From IMG/VR virus record IMGVR_UViG_3300021062_000021, positions 1-51,678 of that record: a DNA stretch of 51,678 nucleotides. The stretch is one strand, 5' to 3'. The notes under the pieces are model-generated. The model saw only the letters and a program-made list of their open reading frames with translations, did not search any database and was not told where the DNA came from. Below are positions 35,374 to 46,500 of this stretch, piece after piece. The position numbers and the translations under genes are program-made. Numbering within the stretch: the first letter of the stretch is position 1; every line of letters begins with the position of its first letter. This stretch comes from a virus. Its lineage: Duplodnaviria > Caudoviricetes.

Positions 35374-36449
35374 TGGGATTCTCTCCAGCTCAGGGTGATA
35401 GTGGCGCACTAAGCAAAAGCATTGTAGACCAGAAAGGTGACCTCATCGTCGCCACGGCGGCCGATACGGTGACCCGCCTTGCAGTGGGGTCCAATGATCA
35501 GGTACTCACGGCGGATAGCGCCCAGGCCGCTGGAGTGAAGTGGGCGTCGGCGTCCTCCGGTGGCGTGGATGACGTGTACTTCGGCAGTGGGCGCGACGGT
35601 GCCGTGACCATCAGCAGCAACACGACGCTTTCGCGGACAATGTTCTACAGTTCACTCACCATCGATAACGGGTTCACTCTTACCCCGGGTGGTTTTCGCA
35701 TCTTTGTATCTGGAACCCTAACGAATAACGGCACCATCGCGGAGGTTGGCAACAACGGCAATAACGCGACCTCTTCATCTGGGGCGTCGGGCGGGAACTC
35801 CATCACTGCCGTCGAAACGGGATCCTCAAACGGCGCATCGAACGGTGGCTCTGGCGGCACCGGCGCAGGCAACGCTTCAGCGACCCTGACGCTAGGCAAT
35901 AGACTTGGCGGGGGATTCGCTGCTGGTGGAGCGGGCGGAACCGGCTCGGGTGGCGCTGGTGGGGCAGGAAGCGCTACCACGGGGACGGACGCCCTGTTGG
36001 GGATGGACTACCTCTCGATCATCACCCCTATTTCAGCCCTAAACGCCGTCCACACCCCCGGTTCCTCCGGTGGTGGTGGAGGTGGTGGCGATGGGACCGC
36101 TGGCGGTGGCGGTGGCGGTGGCGGGTCAGCTAGTCGGGGCATCATGATCTTCGCCAGCACATTGACCAACAATGGCACGATCTCCTCGACCGGCGGCAAC
36201 GGCGGAAACGGCTTTGCTGCCGCAGCCGGGAATCGCGGCGGTGGCGGTGGTGGTGGAGGCGGTCCTGGCGCCATGATCTACCTCGTCTACAAAAACATCA
36301 CGCTTGGGACGGTGACATCGACAGGGGGGAGCGGTGGGACTGGTGGCGCTGGTTCCGGCTCCGGCACAGCTGGAGCGAACGGTTCCGCAGGCAACGCTGG
36401 TCGCATCATACGTGTGAACCTGACAACCGATACTGTGACGGTGAGCTAA
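35373..36449 (+). CDS. Glycine-rich fibre-like virion protein
   Basis: KGDLIVATAADTVTRLAVG.NDQVLTADS...GVKW fibre motif, then poly-Gly repeats. Confidence 0.75.
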   Translation: MGFSPAQGDSGALSKSIVDQKGDLIVATAADTVTRLAVGSNDQVLTADSAQAAGVKWASASSGGVDDVYFGSGRDGAVTISSNTTLSRTMFYSSLTIDNGFTLTPGGFRIFVSGTLTNNGTIAEVGNNGNNATSSSGASGGNSITAVETGSSNGASNGGSGGTGAGNASATLTLGNRLGGGFAAGGAGGTGSGGAGGAGSATTGTDALLGMDYLSIITPISALNAVHTPGSSGGGGGGGDGTAGGGGGGGGSASRGIMIFASTLTNNGTISSTGGNGGNGFAAAAGNRGGGGGGGGGPGAMIYLVYKNITLGTVTSTGGSGGTGGAGSGSGTAGANGSAGNAGRIIRVNLTTDTVTVS

Positions 36450-36703
36450 TGGCTATTCACAACATCAAGTGTATCGGCGGCTGCGGAAAGACGTGCGGCT
36501 CCGTGGAAACGTCGTCCACGGGCGGGAAGTATCGCGGGGATGCCTACTACGGCTTTCGCTGTCCCGCCTGCGCCGCAGTGGCGGAAGCGGAAGCTGAATC
36601 CAAGCGCCAGATGATTGAGAACACCAAGGCGAAGTTCATTGCTGGCGACGTGTTGTCGAAAGAGGAGCGGGAACAGCTTGCGGAAAAGTTGTTCGGGAAT
36701 TAG
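36449..36703 (+). CDS. Zn-finger small protein (possible fibre chaperone)
   Basis: CIGGC, CPAC. Confidence 0.55.
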   Translation: MAIHNIKCIGGCGKTCGSVETSSTGGKYRGDAYYGFRCPACAAVAEAEAESKRQMIENTKAKFIAGDVLSKEEREQLAEKLFGN

Positions 36704-36716
36704 CAGGGCGTAGGTT

Positions 36717-37160
36717 ATGGCAACCTTTCTTTCTGCGTACCAGGCGAGGTTCAGCACGCAACTGCGGACGAACTGGAGCAATCCGCAGAACAGCTCTGCT
36801 ACTTCGCCTAATACGACTCTGGAAGGCTTGTCCGACACCGATGTTGTTGGCGAGTTCAAGAAGCGTGGCATTACCCCCGATAGTACAGACGATCGGCATG
36901 TTACCACGGCCATGAGCGGCATGATTGCGCGTCTCATGTTCTACACCCAATGCCCTGGTTGGGGAGAGGCGTGGGGGTCTTTCAAGGATGACCTTGAACT
37001 GCTGGCGCAGTCCACTAGCCGGGATCGGATCATGCCGACGACAGATTCCGTGCTTGTGCCAAGCGAAGATACGCCGGGGTCTCTCCCGACCTTTGATAAA
37101 GAGAATTTCCAGAACTATCAGACGAATCCACCAGATGGCCCTAACCCTCTGTTCCAGTAA
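36717..37160 (+). CDS. Head-tail adaptor (Mu gp36-like position)
   Basis: Size, position before gpG, helical pattern. Confidence 0.5.
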   Translation: MATFLSAYQARFSTQLRTNWSNPQNSSATSPNTTLEGLSDTDVVGEFKKRGITPDSTDDRHVTTAMSGMIARLMFYTQCPGWGEAWGSFKDDLELLAQSTSRDRIMPTTDSVLVPSEDTPGSLPTFDKENFQNYQTNPPDGPNPLFQ

Positions 37161-37172
37161 CATGGAGGATTC

Positions 37173-37880
37173 GTGCCCATTGATCCTAGGTTCTCAGACA
37201 TCCTAGCCCAGATCAATCTCCTGCGGGCGCAGCTTCAAGACCCGAATAAGCCACTTCTTTCTGGGAAGACTCTCATGAAGTGGATTGGGGCTTTGGGTGT
37301 CGCCTCCTCTCAGAAGGCATTCCGAGAGCAGGCGCTTGGGGACATTCAATGGGAGCCGCGGTACCCGGGACAGGAGTCGCCTAAGCTGAACATTGCCGGC
37401 GCTTTGATGGACTGGAAGGCTGGGAGAAAGGCTCCGAAGCCGAATCGCTTTCAGGATCGTCCAGCCCTCATTGACGAGGGTATGCGTGGCGGTATTCAAG
37501 GAAGTCTGACCTTTACGGTAACGGGGCCTCTAAGTGTCACTTGGGGGTCTGGGAAGCCCTACGCAGAGAGGCAGCATAAGGGTGGCGTGACCGTCATTGC
37601 CTATGACGATGCGACCAGGAAGCGCATCAGCGAATGGCTCTATACGAGACCGCCACAAAAAAGAAAGGCCACCAAGGGGAAGCTGAGGACTAACAAGGTC
37701 CAAGCTGGATTTGGAAATACCTATCAGCGTGGCGACTATGAGAAGCATGTAGCTCCCCTGATCTACAGCTCGGAATGGAAGCAGCGCATCATTGCCCGTC
37801 CGTTCGTTGGCATCACCGATGAGTTGGCGGGAGATATCCAAAGCGCAATCAAGCTCTACTTCAAGAAGGTGCAAGCATAA
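37173..37880 (+). CDS. Virion morphogenesis protein (Mu gpG-like neck/tail completion)
   Basis: F.EQ...W.P, YA..Q..GG, I.ARPFVGI. Confidence 0.8.
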   Translation: MPIDPRFSDILAQINLLRAQLQDPNKPLLSGKTLMKWIGALGVASSQKAFREQALGDIQWEPRYPGQESPKLNIAGALMDWKAGRKAPKPNRFQDRPALIDEGMRGGIQGSLTFTVTGPLSVTWGSGKPYAERQHKGGVTVIAYDDATRKRISEWLYTRPPQKRKATKGKLRTNKVQAGFGNTYQRGDYEKHVAPLIYSSEWKQRIIARPFVGITDELAGDIQSAIKLYFKKVQA

Positions 37881-38363
37881 ATGGCCGCTCCGAATAGCAG
37901 CCTGATTATCAGGGTACCCTCCACGATCGTCTTCAACGGGACGACGCTCGGGGAATGTATGCAGATTGAGTTCACCCCTGAGGTTCAGATTCGGCCCGTC
38001 TGGGCCGAAGAGATGGCCTCCTACGTGGACGCCTTCTACTGCGGAGAGAAGGTCACTGCGCGGTTCGTCTTGCGGTATCCTGATGCAGACGCTTTCTCGG
38101 CTATCTGCCCGAATGCCAGCGGCACCACGTTCTCCTTCAATGCCACTGGCGCAAGTCGCGGCGGAAAGTCCCTATATACGAGCTCCGGTACGTTGGTCAT
38201 CACCCCGCGTTACTCCAGCCATCCAGATGTGACGATCAACCAGGCCATGCTCTGCATCAGTGAAAACGCACGGCTCCTCTATTCGTGGAGCAAGGAATGG
38301 GGCCTTGCGTGTGTAGTCTACGGCTCGATTAACGGCTCTGGTGCTGTCTACACGGTGGGGTAA
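37881..38363 (+). CDS. Putative tail tube protein
   Basis: LG...IEFTPE, GEKVT, GTLVI.P pattern; 160 aa. Confidence 0.5.
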   Translation: MAAPNSSLIIRVPSTIVFNGTTLGECMQIEFTPEVQIRPVWAEEMASYVDAFYCGEKVTARFVLRYPDADAFSAICPNASGTTFSFNATGASRGGKSLYTSSGTLVITPRYSSHPDVTINQAMLCISENARLLYSWSKEWGLACVVYGSINGSGAVYTVG

Positions 38364-38599
38364 TGGAAGAGAAGCGGAAAGTGCGGATCGATTGGTTCTT
38401 AGCCGACGTCGCCAATGTAGAGATCGAGGTTACTGAAGAACTATTAACGGCACTCGTTGGCAATGCCATTGAATACATCATGGTCAACGGGACAATGCCT
38501 TGGGACAAGTGGAGTCTGCTGAGCAAGTGTTCAAGAGACGCTTTCGTTGCTGCTGCAAAGCAGTTGAAGCTACGTGATACACTGGACATATCTGAATGA
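38363..38599 (+). CDS. Hypothetical protein (possible tail assembly chaperone)
   Basis: Coupled ORF. Confidence 0.5.
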   Translation: MEEKRKVRIDWFLADVANVEIEVTEELLTALVGNAIEYIMVNGTMPWDKWSLLSKCSRDAFVAAAKQLKLRDTLDISE

Positions 38600-39102
38600 C
38601 CGAAAGCCAGTTGCTAACAGCCATCAAGGCGGAACTCGTCGCCCAGACGTGGACGGGGGGTGCCAATGTCGTATTCCCTACGGGTTGCGTGGCGATTACG
38701 GCGAATGTTGATCTGGCGATGGAAGCGGCACTCCAGACGATGAGGACGCCATTTGGTCTGCTCCAGCCGATGTCTACGACCTCGGATCCGGAGTTCGATG
38801 AAGACCCCAACTTCGTTGCCTTTAATCTCCTGTGCCGCCTTATCGTCATGGTGCCTGGAGATGCCGTTGGCGAAAACGCTCTCATGGGGGCGAACAAGAC
38901 CGGAGGCTCCACCGTCAGTCAGGGCCGTGGCATCTTTGAGGTTGAGCAGGAAGTATTCAATGCCATGGGCAGGCTGAATGGGCTTGAGAACGTAACCCTT
39001 CAGTGTCGCCAAAAGGGTGGCGTCCAAGCCCAGATCATTGGGCAGAACGTCTACGTTGCTTACCGGGATCTCCAGTTTGAAGCCTTGGGGACGATGGTAT
39101 GA
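38596..39102 (+). CDS. Putative tail terminator-like protein
   Basis: LL.AIK.EL N-terminus, 168 aa. Confidence 0.45.
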   Translation: MTESQLLTAIKAELVAQTWTGGANVVFPTGCVAITANVDLAMEAALQTMRTPFGLLQPMSTTSDPEFDEDPNFVAFNLLCRLIVMVPGDAVGENALMGANKTGGSTVSQGRGIFEVEQEVFNAMGRLNGLENVTLQCRQKGGVQAQIIGQNVYVAYRDLQFEALGTMV

Positions 39103-39842
39103 GCACCCGCCTTGAAGGCGTCCAGATCCCGGTAGAACTCGATACGAGCAAAGCAGAACGCCAGCTAGATCAACTCGAGGCAAAGCTCGGGAAGGACAGC
39201 AAGAAGGCCGTTGACCTTAATCGCACTCTGGCCCAGAACACCGTCTTGCAGAAGGGAAGCGGAGCCGGCGGCAAGTCTGATACGACTGGCGTTAGCGGTA
39301 CCCCTAGATCGCAGCAATCCAAAGATGCGGTTGGCCAGATCCCAGCCTTTCTCCAAGGTAGTACTCCTGTTTCTGGGGTGGTTGGGAAGCTACGCGGCCT
39401 TGCAGCGGGTTCCGCAACGCTCGCGCCGTTGGCGAGGGGTGCGGCAGGAGCCGCCGCCCTATATGCCGGGACAAGGGCAGTTGCGATGGGCGCGCCATTG
39501 GCTCTAGAGGCCGGCCGTGCATTTGCCGGCCTCTCTCCTGATGACCCTCTTTTTAAGGCTGTCCAGGCCCAACTCGACAACCTGAAGAATTCATTCAACT
39601 ACATTGAGTCCTACGTAAAGTCGGCAATCACTGGAGTCGGCAAGACCTACGACATGGCTACGGCCATGGCTCGCGTCAACGGCAAGGTGCCCAATATCCA
39701 AATCGGATACGGGATCTACAAAGATGCCGACATGCAGGAGGATATGCTTCGCAAGAAGTTTGAGCATTTCAAGTCAATGGAGGTTGCCACGGCAGTTGGT
39801 AACTCCATGGCCGAAATGTTCAAGGGAGGACTTAACCGCTAA
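39099..39842 (+). CDS. Short tape-measure-like helical protein
   Basis: I.VELDTS.A...L..LE start typical of TMPs; Ala/Gly-rich. Confidence 0.45.
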   Translation: MSTRLEGVQIPVELDTSKAERQLDQLEAKLGKDSKKAVDLNRTLAQNTVLQKGSGAGGKSDTTGVSGTPRSQQSKDAVGQIPAFLQGSTPVSGVVGKLRGLAAGSATLAPLARGAAGAAALYAGTRAVAMGAPLALEAGRAFAGLSPDDPLFKAVQAQLDNLKNSFNYIESYVKSAITGVGKTYDMATAMARVNGKVPNIQIGYGIYKDADMQEDMLRKKFEHFKSMEVATAVGNSMAEMFKGGLNR

Positions 39843-41341
39843 TGCCTGTTACTAGAGAGCTCCAAGTTGTCTATGGCGGTGTTACGTTCGGCGGCTCCAC
39901 GGCCCGTCAGATCGACGGATGGACCGTCGTTGAGAAAGACTACACTACTGCCGTTTTCGAGTTCTCCTTTATCACGAGCGCCACTTCCGCCGCAGCATTC
40001 GCTACGGAGTGCACGACCGTTGAGGACGCTCTACGGAAGCCAAGGCAGGATCTTACCGTCACGTTGGGTGCATCTACGCTCCTGTCTCTCAAACAGAGCG
40101 ACAACACCGGCTTAGATGCAAACCCGTCGATCATCAAGCAAGGCGACATTGGGGATACTGGGCGTAGCAGGTTCTACCGAGCTCGTATCGAATTCGGTCT
40201 GCCCGCGAACAACCTGAATCTCGGCTTCAGGCGCTTTTCCACAGTGAACGTGGACTACAGCCCTGAGCGCCAGAGGACGGTAACGATTACTGGGACCTAC
40301 ACTGCCAATAGCACCGATGGGACAACTGGCAGCTTCGCTACCTATTTGGCCAACTCTCCAACGTACTTCTCCTCTGTTCTGACTGGCATCGACAATGCCG
40401 CCTCTTGGGAGAGGATCGGAGAGCCACAGGTTGAGCGCAACGAAACGGACAAGGTAACCAACTTTACCGTCGTCTACAAAGAGATCATCTTTGCTCAGTC
40501 TCTTGCTGGCACCGATGACAGTGCTCTGGTGGATCCCACGTTCACGATTACAAGAAACCGCATTGCTCCTGGGGATAGCGATGCATCTTCCATCAGCTTT
40601 GGCTCTGGAAGCATCACGAGCGGCATTGCGGACTTCTCCGGTGGACCTAACCATGCGACGGTCGTAGGAGCTCCCCCGACCATCACCACTGGGAGCGGCA
40701 CTCTTCGGCCTACGGTTATCACGGTGAATTACACTACCGGCATCGACAAGACCGTTATCGTCGGCCTACAGAACATGATCGACAAGTGGACGAATACGAT
40801 TCGCCCCTTCATTATCGCTCAGGTCAGCATCGCGGCGGCTGGTGGCGTTGTCCTGGTCGAAGAGGCTCCAAACTTCGGCGATCTGTACAGGAACCGTTTT
40901 AGCGCATCGATGACGTTCCACAACTACACCGGATCCATTCTAAGCCAGCGAGTGACGGTTGCCGACCAGACTGTAGAGGGGAAGTCCCTGCGGTATGTGT
41001 GGTCTGGTGATCCGTTCAACTACTACGAATACACTGCTGGTAAGGTCCGCATCAAGACCATTACGGAAGAGCGGGAAGAGATTACGGGTATCTCGGACAC
41101 GAACCAGTATGTAGACACCTTGGTCCGGAGCAACCCTGTTCCTGTCGGGATCTCCAACCCAGACAAATGGACTGTTCTTGATCGTACTCCGAAGGCCGCT
41201 GTCTTAAGAAAAGGGCTCACTGGTGGAGATCAGCCGTACGTTGCTGAAACCGTCATCGTCACGGTAATGCAGTTCCGGAACAAAAAAGCCCCTTCTACCG
41301 CCAATGCTGGTGGAGTTACAGGAGGGGTGGCTACGCTATGA
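39842..41341 (+). CDS. Tail/baseplate protein (Thr/Ser-rich)
   Basis: 499-aa ORF in the tail region. Confidence 0.6.
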   Translation: MPVTRELQVVYGGVTFGGSTARQIDGWTVVEKDYTTAVFEFSFITSATSAAAFATECTTVEDALRKPRQDLTVTLGASTLLSLKQSDNTGLDANPSIIKQGDIGDTGRSRFYRARIEFGLPANNLNLGFRRFSTVNVDYSPERQRTVTITGTYTANSTDGTTGSFATYLANSPTYFSSVLTGIDNAASWERIGEPQVERNETDKVTNFTVVYKEIIFAQSLAGTDDSALVDPTFTITRNRIAPGDSDASSISFGSGSITSGIADFSGGPNHATVVGAPPTITTGSGTLRPTVITVNYTTGIDKTVIVGLQNMIDKWTNTIRPFIIAQVSIAAAGGVVLVEEAPNFGDLYRNRFSASMTFHNYTGSILSQRVTVADQTVEGKSLRYVWSGDPFNYYEYTAGKVRIKTITEEREEITGISDTNQYVDTLVRSNPVPVGISNPDKWTVLDRTPKAAVLRKGLTGGDQPYVAETVIVTVMQFRNKKAPSTANAGGVTGGVATL

Positions 41342-43539
41342 CGAGGGCGCTTCTCGGCGGAATCCCGCTCCTGAATGCCTCTGACGTGACCTGGCCCTTG
41401 AGAGAGGGGGTTAAGCCAGTCATACAGGCATTCACCATGGCCCCAGATGATGCCCTAGCCATCTCATCCAAGTCTGGGCCGATTGATCTACTAATCGAAC
41501 CTGACGAGGGAAATCCTGTTCAGGTTAACAACCTATGGATTCTGAACATTCTGCCTGGAGAGGATAAGTTTCTATCCCAGGTGGTAGTGGCCGATCGTCG
41601 TTGGATGTGGTCCTACACGCATATCCTTCGGCGCTTCAACATGCGCCGGAACGTTGGCACCAAGAGACTGATTGCCAATGATCAGATTGCGGCGGTAAAC
41701 CCCACTGCGTTTCAAATCTCCTACTGGCCATGGAGTCTCAATGACGGCCAGATCTGGGTAACCAGCTCCATGGTTCGGGAGGTTCTCTACGCCGTCAGTG
41801 AGGCCGAATTCAGCAAGACTGGATCCCGATTCAGCTACAAGATTGACGAACGCATTGGAGACCAGATCAAGGCTTTGCCGATCGAGGATCTTACCCTAGA
41901 TGATCCAGGTGACCAGGCCGTCATGCGAGCTCTATCCTATCTCCCCGAAGGGATGCTCTACGTCGATTATGACGGCACGGTCGTAATCACGTCGAAGGCA
42001 ACTGGAGACGAGAAGGGAGTCATTCAGGCCCTTCTCCCAGAGATCGCTGGGGAAGGTCACACCGATCTTGTGCAGAACAAGTTCATCCGGCCCCGGGCGG
42101 TTGAGGTTCTATATACCAGGGAAATCGAAACGCTCTGGGACTTCGTAGAGAATACGTCCGAAGTTAACACCACCATTACCGCAGCCGGCGATGCCCGTGT
42201 TATGGATAACGTACTTCCATCTGCCGACTACAAGTTGACCACTGCTGATGGAGTACCAGAGAGCAGAAGCCCGATCGTCCAGGGAACCTACATCACCTAC
42301 GGAGAGGCTTTTAACTGGTGGGGCAACATGCCCAGCATCTCCCTCAACGGTGGTGGTGCCAAGCTGGACCACAGCATCATGCAGAGGGCTCTTGTCCCTG
42401 GGATGGACCTTGCCGCCGCTCTGCTCAAGGCTGGGAGCCAGCCTGACAACAACGGAACGATTAAGCCATGGGTTGGGCGTATTACGGCAGCACTGTCTTG
42501 CTACCGGACCCTGTTCCGTCTGTCCCCTCTCTACATGAACAGGATCTTTTCTATCCGGGCCTACAGAGTTACTACAATTGATCCGCAGGCTGGCACTAGG
42601 GCCCCTGCGCCAGCTTACGGTGATTATTGCTGGCTCTACACACAGCAAACGCTTCTTAAGCAAGTAAGAACCGCTAACACATCGGATGGGTCACCGGATT
42701 GGATCATCAACAAAACCGCATATCCATCTAACGGTAGGCTTGATAGCACAGCAGAAGTAAGCCCGTGCGAGGTGACCGTTGTTGACCAAGACCAGGGAAT
42801 CATCCGCCTGACGTACATGCCGAATCCGATCTACGGCATGAACGAGACTATGCTTCCATCGCAGGTACAGCTTGGGACTCTTCCGACTGCGGACATTACT
42901 AACCGTACACGTCCGATATCCTTCGATAGCGTGACGTCCAGCAGACAATCCCCGCGACTCTCCCCTGCATTTAAACTGAAGGTTCTCCTTACCGCCATCC
43001 CAGCAGCCCCTAATTCGTCGCAGCAGCTACATAAGATCACTGTTCAGCCTAACGACGTGGCCCAGTTGATGCCGAACTCTCAGACCGCTGGACTCAATGA
43101 AGCTGAGGGCCCTGTGATGCAGATTAGGGTTGGGCCTGGAATCGAGGTAGCCCGTGTAGCATGGAATGACGATGCGGCGGCGGAAATTGACAAATGTTTC
43201 GGGATCGGAGAAGGGGAGCCGAATCTGTCTGGTCTCGTCATTAACGAGGGCGCTCCATCTGACCTCCAAAATGGCGCATCGCTTAACGCCATCGCCAAAG
43301 CGGAAGCCGCTAGATTGTACGCATCGCTTTCTGATCACTTCCAAGGTAGAATGGCTGGCTATATGAACGGTGGTATCCGTCCTGCTGGCTGGATTCCAGA
43401 GGTGCGGCACAATCTCGCACCTGACGGCGTAGCCACTACCGCGGTCATGCTTCCTGAGCAGCTTCCGCAATGGAACATCTTTAGTTTCCTCGATAGCGCG
43501 TCGAGACAGGCCATCATGCGCCTGGTCCAGCCGCAATGA
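41338..43539 (+). CDS. Tail hub/baseplate-like protein
   Basis: 733-aa ORF; LYVDYDGTVVI segment. Confidence 0.55.
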   Translation: MTRALLGGIPLLNASDVTWPLREGVKPVIQAFTMAPDDALAISSKSGPIDLLIEPDEGNPVQVNNLWILNILPGEDKFLSQVVVADRRWMWSYTHILRRFNMRRNVGTKRLIANDQIAAVNPTAFQISYWPWSLNDGQIWVTSSMVREVLYAVSEAEFSKTGSRFSYKIDERIGDQIKALPIEDLTLDDPGDQAVMRALSYLPEGMLYVDYDGTVVITSKATGDEKGVIQALLPEIAGEGHTDLVQNKFIRPRAVEVLYTREIETLWDFVENTSEVNTTITAAGDARVMDNVLPSADYKLTTADGVPESRSPIVQGTYITYGEAFNWWGNMPSISLNGGGAKLDHSIMQRALVPGMDLAAALLKAGSQPDNNGTIKPWVGRITAALSCYRTLFRLSPLYMNRIFSIRAYRVTTIDPQAGTRAPAPAYGDYCWLYTQQTLLKQVRTANTSDGSPDWIINKTAYPSNGRLDSTAEVSPCEVTVVDQDQGIIRLTYMPNPIYGMNETMLPSQVQLGTLPTADITNRTRPISFDSVTSSRQSPRLSPAFKLKVLLTAIPAAPNSSQQLHKITVQPNDVAQLMPNSQTAGLNEAEGPVMQIRVGPGIEVARVAWNDDAAAEIDKCFGIGEGEPNLSGLVINEGAPSDLQNGASLNAIAKAEAARLYASLSDHFQGRMAGYMNGGIRPAGWIPEVRHNLAPDGVATTAVMLPEQLPQWNIFSFLDSASRQAIMRLVQPQ

Positions 43540-46500
43540 GCTTTACCGAGACGTGGGGCCGCCCAGGTGTCGGAATCCTGCCGCTCCAGCATCAAGATTA
43601 CGATGCTCAAGGCTGGGATCTGGCAATGCGGGCATCCAAGCACGCTGTTCGCATTAAAGGACGGCTTGACACCGGCGAAGGGCTTGGGGAGTGGGACTAC
43701 GACCTTCCTACTGCTGGGGACCTTACTCAGTGGCTTTGCTGGCCTAATGCTCAAGGAGGCCGGCAGATCCCTGGTTGGGCTCAGGTATGGCCTGCCACGA
43801 CTGTGGGAGGCGGCTCTGGCGGCGTCCAGACACCCGGAGGCGGCGGGAATAGGCCACCCGTTCCTACTGGAGATGGCAGTCGGCCTAGTGTGCCCACCGG
43901 CGACACTAGCGGGAGCATCCAGCCTCCAGCAGATCCTTCGCAACCTTATGAGCCTATGCCCACTGGCCTTAATGGCTCTTCTGCCTCCCAGTCTGTTTCT
44001 CAGAGCAGTTACTACGCCAATCGTGCAGGCGGTGGAGGTGGAGGGGGTGGTGGCGGCTTCATCCCTCCTGCCCCGAACGTCGGTGGAGCTCCACCCGGGA
44101 ACGTGGCGGCAGGCCCCCGCGGATCGGCCAACCCAAACGGCAACTATAACGGACGGCTGAATGTTGGCTTTGGAAGCAATCCAGCCACCATCAATGGTCA
44201 GTCCATCTTCAATAGCGGATTTGCTGGCTTCTCCTTCAATGGGAGCAGCAGTCTTTCTTCCCTCTCTGGGCTTCAAGGTGTTGGCACTGGAAGCGCCTTC
44301 GCACGGTTTACGTTCGGAGGAAGTTCTAGCCTCTCCTCTCTGACAGGTATCCAAGGCGTCGGCTTCAATAGCGGCTTTGCAAGGTTCGTAGACCCTCAGC
44401 CTCGGGGATTGACGACCGCACCTTACCAGAATCCGAACTTCGCTCCATGGCAGAACCCGAACAACGATCCACGCGGACCGAACCCTCCTGGGCCTGGTCC
44501 TGGAGGTGCGGGAGGAGGGGGCGGTGCTGCTGGTGCAGGCGGTGATCCTGGGCTTCCTGGGGATCCCGGCTCGCCTACTCCTCACGCCTGCGGAGTGTTC
44601 AACGGAAGTCATCAGATCCTTCCGCTCATTGGGGAGGATATGGCTCCGGACTCTCGATATGCCGCCCTGTCCCCGAAGTCTCCGCAGGGGGATGGTATTC
44701 CCGCCTTTGCGAAGGGAATCTTTGGGTTGGTGGTCAGTGCCACCAATGAAGAGAAGCAAATTGAATACTTCTTCCCGTCTTGGACAGGCCAGCTCATCTC
44801 AGTCAACCAGGCTGGTGATCCAAGGATGGGAACATTGGTGTGCGACCTCACCTCGGGCTTCTCCGTAGACGCATCTCGGACGTCTCCGCTCCAGAGCATG
44901 ATTAGGGTCATTAAGAAGCCTCTGGGCGCTGAAAACGCTTTGGCTTGGAACATCGACAAGACAGGATGCGGCGACACCAGAGGCGGATTTGTTGGCGAAC
45001 GCCCAGAGGGGGGTGGGGAAGAGGACTACGCTTTCGGCCTTGCCAGCTATTCGGACGGTGGCCCGCTCTGCGTTGGCAGCAAGACGGACAAGCATCGCAA
45101 GGGCCTTGACGACGACAAGCATGTCATCAACTCCCTGCACATCAAGACTGCGGCACTCTTTAGACTAAACGACGTTGAAGACGGACCGCTACGTTTTGAG
45201 AGGCCATACAAGATTGGCACGGAGTTTGAACAGCCCGTAGCTGTCCACCTTGCGTGGACTGGAGAAGATTGGGCTTGGTACACGACAAGCCCGCTCAGAT
45301 ACGTAACCGTAACCCACACCATTACTCCTCAGCTTCCATCGCTGAGCGAGCCTACGGGTTACCCAAAAGTCAACCTAACTCCAGTTTCACCAACTTCGCA
45401 CCCATCTGTACCAAGCATTGATCCTCGGACGCTATCCCCAGGCGAGATTACTAGCGGATCTGTCGGGGCTGCGCCCATCCAGTCTGCGGTCTCGAATATG
45501 CCGTTGACGGCTCCTGCGATGGTCGCGCAAGCACAGAATTACAGACCTGGACAACTAAATACTGGCATGTTCGCTGGGAACTCCGAGGCTGGAAGCGCGA
45601 AAGGTGCGGCAAGCAATCCCGTGTCTGCGGTAATGAGCGCCTTCGGTGCTCAGGGCGGCACGCCGGCGGCTGGGGGGAGCGCTCCGGTTGCTGGCACTGG
45701 AGCTCAGGGCGATCCGTGGGTTTATACCAACCCGCCCGTTGGCCAATCCTTTGGATCGAATGCCCCGTCAAACTTTCCGTCTGGCACTTCTAGTGGCGGC
45801 TGGGTAATCCACCCTCCGGAGACAGATCTGCGCGATGCAGCCCCACACGGAATGGTTCCGCCGAACAAGACGCTGTCCACGACCTATCTAATCACGGCTC
45901 CAAATGCGTGGTTCGGTGCTGGTACTCCAGAGCTTGTCACTGGCTCTATCCGAAGTGGCTACTCTTGGGGGATGGACTCTTCGACGGGAGACCTGTTATT
46001 CCGGTCTCATAGCTTTTCTGAGCCAGCCGTCAACGCCGTCCGCTTTACCAACACTGCGCAGACCATCCAGTGGTATGCAACGAAGTCCTTCTATGGAGAA
46101 CTAAGCCACTCTAATACCGGCAACAGAACATATACGTTCCCCGATCGTACTGGGCCTGTTGGCCTCATGCTTACCGGCACTGGAAGTCCGGATGGATCTG
46201 TCTCTGCACCAGAGTCCACGATGTACTGGGACACGTCCGGGAACGCGCTTTACGTGAACAATGACGGCGCTACGGCTTGGACGGCAATCGCGGGTGGAGG
46301 CGGCGGCACGGTCACAGGCAGCGGCGCTGCTGGACGTGTCGCATACTGGACGAGTGCCTCAAACATCTCCAGCGATGCTGGCTTGACGTATGACGCAGCG
46401 AACGACTCGCTGACAATCACGAGTGCATCTGCTCCATTGCAGATCAACGTCTCCGGGGCTACTGGCGTAGTGGGATATGCGTCAACTGCGGCGGCGAGTG

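Noticed and set aside
16106-37880. Transposable Mu-like phage
   Set aside because: Head genes are Mu-like, but there is no MuA/MuB, Mor or host-DNA ends; the contig is circular with a tyrosine recombinase
43359-44759. Long antisense ORFs (e.g. 43359-44759, 31878-32918, 30525-31394, 16880-17773)
   Set aside because: Shadow frames of GC-rich genes with clear sense-strand products; no RBS or recognisable motifs
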